From positions 1 to 64,000 of IMG/VR virus record IMGVR_UViG_3300042988_000374: DNA of 64,000 nucleotides; one strand, given 5' to 3'. This document shows positions 55,992 to 64,000 of the stretch, piece by piece. This stretch comes from a virus. Lineage: Duplodnaviria > Heunggongvirae > Uroviricota > Caudoviricetes. Each line of letters starts with the position of its first letter. Within the stretch, counting starts at the first letter, position 1. The notes beneath the pieces were generated by a model. That model ran no database searches. It saw nothing but the letters and a program-made list of their open reading frames with translations, and was not told the DNA's origin. The position numbers and the translations under genes were made by a program.

Positions 55992-56930
55992 TTATGAGAA
56001 CAGTTTTAATCCTGTGCCACATTCGACACAGAATTTACTCTTTGCTCGATTTAACTTGCCACAAGAAGGACACTCAGGCTTATGTTTGACTGTGACTGCT
56101 TCCGTTACTCTGGTGCTGCCATCATCGCCTAGCAACTTTAGCACGATGGTGTGCTTAGTTGGCTCAAGCGTACCCATAGTAGTTGTCTGAAACTTCTGGT
56201 CACTGCGACTGCCTGGTACAGTAATACCAACATCGTTCCAGTCCATAGTAGCCATTCCGTCATGTGCTTCCATGTCTTTAATGCCCATCGATGCGAGTGT
56301 AGCAGTTGTAGCACTAGCGGCGCTGGCTTTCACACTCTCGCCCTTAGAGTAATCAACCCCACGTAAGACACCACCAACATTCATTTGCGAGACACTACCA
56401 CTTGCTGTTACTGAGAACCTATCACCGGCACTGCCACTAACGCCAGCATTAGTTGTAGCATAAAACGAGTCGCCTCCAGTACTAGCACGATACCCACTGT
56501 ACTTAATCCAATCATCACTGATGCCACCAACAATGTTATTTCTCCATAGAGTGTCATTGATATTGATTACGGGACGTGGTACTTCGTACTGGAATTCAAG
56601 TTTAACAATACCGTCTTCGAGTTTGATTCCACGAGGACCATCTTCGATTGCTTTGATACGCTCAATGAATTTGAGCTTGTTACCGGCAGAGAGATTACCG
56701 CCTACGATTGAGCGCTCTAAGTCAATTTCTTGACCAGCGTTAATAACTAACCCACCCTCAACGATGTTAGTGCCATCGATGAAGACGTTAACTAATGCTC
56801 GTTGTGTGTTGAGGTTTTTGATTAAGATACTATATTCTGTGTTGTATGGTACATACACAGTATCTTTAAATTCGCGGAGAATTTTACCATTTGCCTTTAT
56901 GGCGGCTACCATTTGGTTTGCGTACATCAT
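55992..56930 (-). CDS. hypothetical protein with C-terminal zinc ribbon
   Basis: RBS AAGGA; CPSCGK...CVECG. Confidence 0.5.
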   Translation of the reverse strand: MMYANQMVAAIKANGKILREFKDTVYVPYNTEYSILIKNLNTQRALVNVFIDGTNIVEGGLVINAGQEIDLERSIVGGNLSAGNKLKFIERIKAIEDGPRGIKLEDGIVKLEFQYEVPRPVININDTLWRNNIVGGISDDWIKYSGYRASTGGDSFYATTNAGVSGSAGDRFSVTASGSVSQMNVGGVLRGVDYSKGESVKASAASATTATLASMGIKDMEAHDGMATMDWNDVGITVPGSRSDQKFQTTTMGTLEPTKHTIVLKLLGDDGSTRVTEAVTVKHKPECPSCGKLNRAKSKFCVECGTGLKLFS

Positions 56931-57186
56931 ATTTTCCTTAAACGGCCCGCTGAGTAGAAGCCCAAATTAACTCAGCTAGTATATTGATGGCCTTTCATCA
57001 ACTACTATTCTTATTTAGTCAACTCTTCACGCTGACTTTTTATTTTGTGGTATTCTTCCATGAAGGATTCGCTAGGAGTCAATCTATCGATCTCCTGTAA
57101 TGTCATAAGTGTATCCAACGCATTGAACGCAAAAATAGCGATACCAATTGTTATCAATATTGAGAATACAATCACAACAAACGCCG

Positions 57187-57459
57187 TCATGTATCTTCCT
57201 TGAGAATTTCTTCCAGTATAGTGTCGTCTGCTGAGAATGTTGTCAACTCGTAATACGTATCACCAATCTGGTAAGTCTCGCTCCAAGAGCGTTGATTGTT
57301 TGACTCACTAATCGGCGTCATCATTGTTAATAGGAGCATCAGATGCTCTTTTTCAACGTCAGTAATCACGCGCTTAGGTGGTCCCATTAGTTTACGGAGG
57401 AACGCCTTACGTTGTGCGTCAGTCATGTTATTAACAGATGCTGATGTGAGATTAGTCAT
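57187..57459 (-). CDS. hypothetical protein
   Basis: ATGA overlap with the upstream gene. Confidence 0.4.
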   Translation of the reverse strand: MTNLTSASVNNMTDAQRKAFLRKLMGPPKRVITDVEKEHLMLLLTMMTPISESNNQRSWSETYQIGDTYYELTTFSADDTILEEILKEDT

Positions 57460-57704
57460 GAGTAGTGTCCGCCATCACGGGTTGTTACCGCACTCTTGGC
57501 ACCACAAGTCTTGCATTGATTCCAGTGTTCGGAGTACGACCTGTTTAAGTAACCACCTTCGTAGTAATAGCTCTTTGATTCAATATGAGTATGCGGGCAC
57601 TCTTCGAGAATAGCACTACGCTCTTCATGGAGCGCGGTCATCTTTTTGCGTTGGCGTTCGATCCGCTTGTCCACATTAGCTAATTTTTGTTCAAATTCTG
57701 TCAT
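57456..57704 (-). CDS. small zinc-ribbon protein
   Basis: CPHTH ... CKTCG. Confidence 0.4.
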   Translation of the reverse strand: MTEFEQKLANVDKRIERQRKKMTALHEERSAILEECPHTHIESKSYYYEGGYLNRSYSEHWNQCKTCGAKSAVTTRDGGHYS

Positions 57705-58340
57705 AACTCATAATAACAGAATACAAATAGTAGTTCAACTTATTTGGATTGGCAATTCTGACATGGTGAACTGCGCTTTGTGTCACAGTTTGTACAAGTC
57801 TTGTGGTTTAACCAGGTACGTGGGATAAACGTAGTCTCATACTTTGCTGGTTTGTCACTACTGCATTGTTTAGTTTGAATGATTGGCATTGGTGCCTCCT
57901 ATACTAATACAACGATTTATCGAGTGTATACGTTGACAGAATTTGAATTATATTTTGTGGTATACACTATTATTGTCGCGCTGTCAAGTGTTATGGACCG
58001 AATTTTGGAAGCAAAGTTATACACATGTTATACACAATTTGAGTCGGAAGTATCACACTAAAGATGAACATTTATTCACAATTCGCGCAAAGTAGTATAT
58101 TATTTTGCGCAAAATGCGGTCGGAAGTATAGCACTATGGTGTGTAGTGGTGTTGTGTTAAGGTGAACTCAAAAGATGGTGTTTTTATATATTATTAAATT
58201 GGATAAATTAGTAATTTGCGAGTATGCGTAGGCGACTAGCCGGAGCAATCGAAGCAAATTGTGTGTACTCGTCGAAGACGGGTACCACGGATAATGGACA
58301 CTGAATTGTGATTGTGCGTAGCACCACTATGATCCTGTAC

Positions 58341-58368
58341 AAAAGCAAAAGAGACCCTGAGGTCTCCT
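58341..58368 (-). terminator. rho-independent terminator
   Basis: gagacc-ctga-ggtctc with minus-strand T-run (plus aaaagcaaaa). Confidence 0.6.
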
Positions 58369-58392
58369 TTGTGTAGTATGCGAATTTCCAAT

Positions 58393-58956
58393 TTAGAAGA
58401 ACAAGAATAGTCCATTAAGTGATAGAGCTACTCCGATTGCAGCTACGCCAAAACTTGCCCAGAACATTGCCATAGATACCGCTAAGATTGAAGCTGATAG
58501 TACCACGATAGCTAGTTGATAAGCTGTTGATGCGTAACCGATCCATGGTGAGCCCTTCTTAGCTTCTTCGCGGGTAGCTTCCATAGCACGTGCGCGTTCA
58601 GCGATTTCTTTTTTGTCAGCGTCCATGCGCTCCTTTTCAGCAGCAAACTTTTCTTTGAGTTTTGGATCAGCTGTGGTTAGAGATGCAATCTCGTAACTTA
58701 CACCGCGCCCGTTCTTGGCCTGATACTGCGCCCAGGCATTATTCGCACCTAGTGTGTTGTTCAATACGGTTGAACCTAATTTGCCGCCGTACCAGCTGTT
58801 TACTGCCAAGAGTAGAGCAAATACAGAGATTACCATACCTGCGCGGTCTTTAATTTTGGCCTCCCGCTCCGAACGAGAGCCCACTGGTGCAGCTGGTGCA
58901 CCTTCGTCTTTTGGTTCTTTGTTGATTAGTTTTAAGATTGAGTCGTGTAATGCCAT
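58393..58956 (-). CDS. membrane protein (two TM regions around a charged coiled segment)
   Basis: hydrophobic helices MVISVFALLLAV and LAIVVLSASILAVSMAMFWASFGVAAIGVAL. Confidence 0.5.
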   Translation of the reverse strand: MALHDSILKLINKEPKDEGAPAAPVGSRSEREAKIKDRAGMVISVFALLLAVNSWYGGKLGSTVLNNTLGANNAWAQYQAKNGRGVSYEIASLTTADPKLKEKFAAEKERMDADKKEIAERARAMEATREEAKKGSPWIGYASTAYQLAIVVLSASILAVSMAMFWASFGVAAIGVALSLNGLFLFF

Positions 58957-59132
58957 ATGTAGGTTTCCTTATAGTATACTACTATTTATGCATTAATGCT
59001 TCAAAAACCACCACAGAGCAAATAGACACACGCCGCCAAGCAAGCTAAAGAACGATACTATTATCAAGATTGCCTTGAATGTACCGCCGCTCTCTAACTT
59101 GTTCAACCACCAAATCAACTCATTCGTCGTCA

Positions 59133-59915
59133 TCATCTTCCCGTCCATACTTTTGGAAGTGCGTCTAGTCTGCGCTGCTCTTCTGTCTTTGGTATAATAC
59201 CAGTGCCTAAATGTGGATACTTTTGTATTCTGTCATTCACTACATATACCATAGTTAATCCTATGATAGCTGCCAAGAACACTCCACCTAAGCCAATAGC
59301 AATCTCTACGTATAGTTTTTGAATGCGAAGTTTGCGTCTCTTTTTAGCAGCATCCGCATCACGCATTGACTTTGCCACAAGAGAGCGTTGAGTCTCGCCC
59401 ATGTGCTTCATCATTTGCTCAACTTCGGTGTATAGCGCGCCTAGTTCAGGTGGACTTTGATATACCATTAGTTCACGCAGGTCTACACTCATCTGCTCTA
59501 GTTGTTTGCGCATTAAGACACGTTGAAGCGCACGTTTACCAATTGAAGCATCACCAGTGTATACTTCACTTTCCGCTCTGTATTCCTCTTCCTCCATGAT
59601 TGCCAAGCACTTGTAGAAGTTGTCGTAGTACTCGCCCAACTTTTCACCAATCTCTTGATAAACGCCAGTGTGCTGACCTTCGTTTGCTCTTTTGTTAAGT
59701 GCGATTATTTCATTCTTTTCACGAATGTATTGGTTTTTTTGTTCAACGGTAGGAGGCTTGTCTGGTGGATGGAGCTTTTTGAATTGTTCGTCTAAGTCTT
59801 TGATGACTTCTTTAACTTCACCAGCAGCGCCCTTGATATCCTTATACAGCTTGCAGCCAGCCTTGACTGCGTTAACAGCCCCATTAGCTAGTGCAAATAG
59901 TGTAATTGGATCCAC
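59133..59915 (-). CDS. coiled-coil protein with C-terminal TM helix
   Basis: GTG start behind AAGGAG; TM VFLAAIIGLTMVYVV. Confidence 0.45.
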   Translation of the reverse strand: MDPITLFALANGAVNAVKAGCKLYKDIKGAAGEVKEVIKDLDEQFKKLHPPDKPPTVEQKNQYIREKNEIIALNKRANEGQHTGVYQEIGEKLGEYYDNFYKCLAIMEEEEYRAESEVYTGDASIGKRALQRVLMRKQLEQMSVDLRELMVYQSPPELGALYTEVEQMMKHMGETQRSLVAKSMRDADAAKKRRKLRIQKLYVEIAIGLGGVFLAAIIGLTMVYVVNDRIQKYPHLGTGIIPKTEEQRRLDALPKVWTGR

Positions 59916-60088
59916 CGTGACTCCTTATTATTGTTTTTATTGTTGTAAGTCAACTGTATTTAGCGCTTTTTGCTAGAAAAAATGTTTTGATTGTTTGCGC
60001 ATGAGATAAATAGCGACTGTTTATTCGCCATGTGGATAGCTAAATAAGAGACTAGTATCAAACAATAACAATAATAAAGGAGCTAGTA

Positions 60089-62737
60089 ATGAACAAACTA
60101 CTTAAATGGGTGGTGGCTGCGGTATTATGCGCAGGCACTGCATCGGCATTTGGTGATCAGGTAATGATTATCGATGCACAATATTCAACAGTGACTCAAA
60201 ACGTTCGCGGACGATTAGAGGCAGCTGGTCATACTGTGAGTGTGACAACATCGACTTCTGGTATACCGACTGGTACTGGTACGTATCAACAAGTATGGGA
60301 CTTGCGTTATAGCGCGGCGCTGACTGCTGGCGAAGTCACTAACTACACACAATTCGTAACTAATGGTGGTTTTGCTTATTTTGTAACGGAGAACCCAGGT
60401 TGCTGTATGGCACGTAACAATTCGGTCGCTGCGTTGGTAACAGGACTTGGTGGTGGTACGACACAAATTGGACCGGGTTGGGCTAACAACGTAGAGACTA
60501 ATGTTAATACTACGTACATGACTAGTGGTATCACTGTAAACTATCTAGCAGTTGCTGCTATTGTAAACAGTCAGGGCATCCCGCTAATCAGTGACGCTAG
60601 TAATAGCGTATCTGGTATGTCATGGATCGGTCGTGCGGGTGCTCTCAGCAGCGGAGTGACTGGTACGATTGTTACTGTAGCTGATACTAACTGGCTAGCA
60701 GAAGCATGGGGCACAGACAATCAAACTGCGCTAGATGACATCATTCGTGGTATCGTTGCTGGCACAGTTGGTGGTACTATCTCTGCTAGTGGCAATGGAG
60801 CAGCGGCAAGTAATGGTGCTGCTCAGCAACAAGCGCAAAATCAAACACCACCCCCACCACCTACATATGATCACGCTAACACGGGTGAGACAGTCGCAAT
60901 GGGCACTCTAGCAAGTGGCGCATTTACTGGTGATGGTGGTACTCTTGTTGGTAACGGTGCTGAAGTTACTAACAACATCACGTTAAACGCTGGTGGTCTG
61001 ACATACGATGCTAACAACGCAGATAGCACGATCAGTGGCGTGATTAGTGGTAACGGCGGTATTGCGTTCACTGGTAGTGGTATCACTACATTAAGTGGTG
61101 TTAATACATACACTGGTGTGACTGGTATCTTATCTGGCGCATCTTTGGTCAATACTGGTAGCATCGCTAGTTCAAGTGTAGTTAATAACGGTACGTTTAC
61201 AAACATCGGAACAGCTGGTTCAGTAACTAACTATGGAGTGTTTAGTAATAGCGGTACTGCTGGCGGAGTAATCAACGGAGGTACATTCACTAATACTGGA
61301 ACTGTTGGTATCGTAGCTAACAGCGGTACTATGACTAACAGTGGATTGACTGGTGACTGGAGTAATTGGGGAACAGTGAGTAACAACGGTACTATGGGTT
61401 CTGGTGACAATTACTTGACTTTTACAAACGTCGGTACGATTGGCGCATTCACTAATACTAGTGACTTGACTAATACTGGTACGACTGGTAATGGCATCAA
61501 TACTGGTAGATTGATTAACAGCGGCGCTATGGGCATTATTGCTAACAGCGGCAGCTTTTTGAATACTGGCACGTTGAGTGGCATCAATAACAGTGGTACA
61601 TGGAGTACTACTTCAACTACACTACAGTCATATACTCAGAGTGGTGCTGGTAGTACGGTGTTAGATTATAGCACAAGATTGCGTATCGCTGGTAGTGCTA
61701 ACTTAGATGGTAATTTAACTCTGGCTGGTAATGCACCAGGTCTAGGCAAGTATAGCTTGATTCAAAGTGGTGGCATCAACGGCACATATAGTTCATATAC
61801 TGGTGTTGGCGCACTACGATACACTGCATCTGATGTTCAACTATGGGTAATGCCAAGTAGTGGTGAAGTTCAACGCAGAGTTGATAGTTTTGCTCAGAAC
61901 TTAGGTGGTGCAAATTCATTGGCTAGTGGCGCATTAACTGGTGGAGTTGGAAGCGACTGTGCAGTATTTGGAGACAGTGGTGGTTGTATGAATGCAAACT
62001 ACGGCGCTACTCGTGCTGCTGGCGGCGATTTAAATTCAACTGGTATTACACTAGTAAAGAAGATAGATTCTAATTGGCGTGTTGGTGTATTTGCTAATGG
62101 TGTGAATGGTACTGCAACTGTAGCAGACACTGTTTATAGCAGTAGTCGCCCAGGTCTAGGCGGATTAATTGGTTGGAGTGAGAGTGCTGACAGCATCGGT
62201 TGGGGCGTAACAGCTTCTGCTATTGGCGGCAGTGGTGAATATGCTATCGGTTCCGACAAGACTGGCGTGCGCGGTAGTGCTACTCAGATTAAAGCATCTT
62301 ATGGTATACCATTAAGTGTGGATACTACTGTGACACCATATATCGGTGTTCGTCGTAGCACACTTAAAGTAGATAGTTACACTAAGAGTGGCGAGTTGTT
62401 CCCGTTGACATACGGCATTGTCGTTCAAAAACAGAACGACTTGTTATTTGGTGGCACCTTCTCTAAACGTTTGACAGATGATTTAACTGGCTCATTGAGT
62501 GCTGGCGTGATACATGGTCTCATGCGTGACAGTGGTACGGTATCTGTGACTAGTGATATGGGAGCATACTCTGCTCGTATGCGTGACGCTAAGCGCACTG
62601 CCGGTTCACTTGGTGCTGGTTTGACTTATAAACTAGACAAGAGTAGTAGCATAGGTATTAATACTGGATGGACACAGCGCGGGTTGACTGATGCTAGTGT
62701 TACAACATATAGTATTGGATACACTGCTGGGTTCTGA
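60089..62737 (+). CDS. autotransporter-like secreted protein (signal peptide, Gly/Thr-rich beta-helix passenger, C-terminal beta-barrel)
   Basis: signal MNKLLKWVVAAVLCAGTASAFG; ~11-residue N-x-G-T-x-G repeats from ~60.95 to 61.65 kb; C-terminal ~280 aa with alternating hydrophobics ending ..YSIGYTAGF (terminal Phe). Confidence 0.55.
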   Translation: MNKLLKWVVAAVLCAGTASAFGDQVMIIDAQYSTVTQNVRGRLEAAGHTVSVTTSTSGIPTGTGTYQQVWDLRYSAALTAGEVTNYTQFVTNGGFAYFVTENPGCCMARNNSVAALVTGLGGGTTQIGPGWANNVETNVNTTYMTSGITVNYLAVAAIVNSQGIPLISDASNSVSGMSWIGRAGALSSGVTGTIVTVADTNWLAEAWGTDNQTALDDIIRGIVAGTVGGTISASGNGAAASNGAAQQQAQNQTPPPPPTYDHANTGETVAMGTLASGAFTGDGGTLVGNGAEVTNNITLNAGGLTYDANNADSTISGVISGNGGIAFTGSGITTLSGVNTYTGVTGILSGASLVNTGSIASSSVVNNGTFTNIGTAGSVTNYGVFSNSGTAGGVINGGTFTNTGTVGIVANSGTMTNSGLTGDWSNWGTVSNNGTMGSGDNYLTFTNVGTIGAFTNTSDLTNTGTTGNGINTGRLINSGAMGIIANSGSFLNTGTLSGINNSGTWSTTSTTLQSYTQSGAGSTVLDYSTRLRIAGSANLDGNLTLAGNAPGLGKYSLIQSGGINGTYSSYTGVGALRYTASDVQLWVMPSSGEVQRRVDSFAQNLGGANSLASGALTGGVGSDCAVFGDSGGCMNANYGATRAAGGDLNSTGITLVKKIDSNWRVGVFANGVNGTATVADTVYSSSRPGLGGLIGWSESADSIGWGVTASAIGGSGEYAIGSDKTGVRGSATQIKASYGIPLSVDTTVTPYIGVRRSTLKVDSYTKSGELFPLTYGIVVQKQNDLLFGGTFSKRLTDDLTGSLSAGVIHGLMRDSGTVSVTSDMGAYSARMRDAKRTAGSLGAGLTYKLDKSSSIGINTGWTQRGLTDASVTTYSIGYTAGF

Positions 62738-62748
62738 TAAATACTCGT

Positions 62749-63093
62749 ATGAACGATATCATTGAACTAGTGAAGACAATCAAAGAAGACTGGGCACTCC
62801 TGGTCTTCTTCTTTACGCTCGGCGGCGCGTGGTGGCAGGGGCAGGCGTGGTTCCGGAAGCTCGACGAAACTCTAGCCGGTGTTGGCTCTCAACATGAGGA
62901 ACAAAACACAGCAATCGCCGCTATTGGCGTCAAACTAGATGCGATTGAAGTTCGTATTGAGAACCTAGAGCGCCTAACCGATAAGATCCATGACGAACTC
63001 CACGAGGCAGAAGTTCAACTAGCAGTGCTCCAGAACACTCGTGACATCAATGAAGCGAAGCAAATTCATCGTACTCGTCGCAAATCTGCCTAA
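62749..63093 (+). CDS. membrane-anchored coiled-coil protein
   Basis: TM WALLVFFFTLGGAWW then coiled coil. Confidence 0.45.
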   Translation: MNDIIELVKTIKEDWALLVFFFTLGGAWWQGQAWFRKLDETLAGVGSQHEEQNTAIAAIGVKLDAIEVRIENLERLTDKIHDELHEAEVQLAVLQNTRDINEAKQIHRTRRKSA

Positions 63094-63144
63094 ATCTACC
63101 CATCGAAACATTGAGATAAATACTGATTAGGGAACTAATCCAGT

Positions 63145-63993
63145 ATGAAAATCAAAGAAGTAATCACCAACGAATCAATTCAGCTAGACGAAGGCGTATT
63201 AGACACGGTCAAGCAAAAGCTACAAGGTATATTAAACAATATACGTGCGTCATTTCCAAATTTCGATAATGTGATGAAGCAAATGAAAGCACATGAGCAG
63301 CAATTGGATGCCATAGCTATAAATTTACAAAAACAATCAGAGACAAAAAAGATTTCCAAAGATGAATTGATTGCAGCTGTTAAACCGATTGCATTTCAAG
63401 TAGCAAAAGAAATCAAATCTTCTTCAGGTCAAGTCAATGAAAATTATCATAATGAGCGTGACATGAAGGATTATAATAAAAAAGTACAGTCAGATGCGGT
63501 CACGGCGGTAGGCTCAGCGGCATTAGGCGGATTGTATATGCTGTTTACCGTAGTGATGGCACTTAGAGAACGCAGTTTCCTATTAGGTGTGGTGATGATT
63601 GTTGGTGGATTCATAGCCTGTTTATTAATTGGTAACCATCAAGCATCTGCTCAGCAGGAACTAGAAACGAATACATTGAATGCGGCTAACAAGAAAGTAG
63701 AACAGAAACTAGGCGCCGATAAAACACGTGATACAGTAAAGTCAGCAGTATGGGGTTCGAGAGTAAGTAATGCCTATCAATATTACATCATTCACGACAA
63801 ACCAGAATATTCCCGCTCATACGAGGAAAGAAGACAACTGGAACACTTATATGATAAGGGATTTAGAAGTGGTGATTATTACAAAATAAGAAGCGAACTT
63901 ATCGATAAAATATGTAGAACCCTTCAGGTAACTTATGATGATTTCAAAAATAGTGAGTATCTAAAATTACTAGACCGAACAATAGAAAATTAA
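63145..63993 (+). CDS. hypothetical protein with central TM hairpin
   Basis: RBS GGGAAC; hydrophobic segment AALGGLYMLFTVVMAL...LLGVVMIVGGFIACLLIG. Confidence 0.45.
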   Translation: MKIKEVITNESIQLDEGVLDTVKQKLQGILNNIRASFPNFDNVMKQMKAHEQQLDAIAINLQKQSETKKISKDELIAAVKPIAFQVAKEIKSSSGQVNENYHNERDMKDYNKKVQSDAVTAVGSAALGGLYMLFTVVMALRERSFLLGVVMIVGGFIACLLIGNHQASAQQELETNTLNAANKKVEQKLGADKTRDTVKSAVWGSRVSNAYQYYIIHDKPEYSRSYEERRQLEHLYDKGFRSGDYYKIRSELIDKICRTLQVTYDDFKNSEYLKLLDRTIEN

Positions 63994-64000
63994 TATGAAA

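Noticed and set aside
59923-59951. Possible minus-strand promoter TTGACT-N17-TAATAA upstream of the 59915 gene
   Set aside because: The -10 box is weak and abuts the AAGGAG RBS and GTG start, which would make the mRNA leaderless and SD-less. Not reported as a feature.

Overview
The window reads as part of a large (jumbo-type) virulent dsDNA phage genome that infects a Gram-negative host, not as bacterial chromosome. Genes are short and tightly packed, often overlapping by ATGA/TGATG. No integrase is present, homing endonucleases sit on the opposite strand inside operons, and there are dozens of orphan small ORFs. A near-consensus sigma70 promoter (TTGACA-N17-TACAAT, often TGn-extended) recurs at least 20 times. 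Identified content, by region: (i) an NAD+ salvage / ADP-ribose set: a NadM-Nudix bifunctional enzyme, NadV, a macro domain protein and a WGR domain protein; (ii) a Cfr/RlmN-like radical SAM enzyme; (iii) a DNA metabolism set: ATP-dependent ligase, two DEDDh exonucleases, an AAA+ ATPase, a DprA/SLOG-like protein, dCMP deaminase, a mini-deaminase, MazG and a metallophosphatase; (iv) a near-complete proteostasis toolkit at 26.9-36.1 kb: ClpX, Map, DnaK, sHSP, ClpS, two ClpP paralogs and a YccA/BI-1 homolog, plus an SPFH protein at 16.2 kb; (v) an 8-kb head-to-tail array at 43.5-51.5 kb of about 32 small paralogous genes, almost all translationally coupled, whose conserved C-terminus (..TLFLLRW[AS]) itself encodes the SD and start codon of the next gene; (vi) a minus-strand block at 51.5-59.9 kb with a tRNA carrying a CUA (amber-suppressor) anticodon behind its own consensus promoter, and an in-frame TAG at codon 4 of a gene with a strong RBS and ATG about 0.9 kb away; (vii) an ahpC-HNH-aldolase-ahpD operon and an autotransporter-like 882-aa secreted protein. 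Coordinates were derived by hand from the sequence and the ORF track; functional calls rest on recognisable motifs only.
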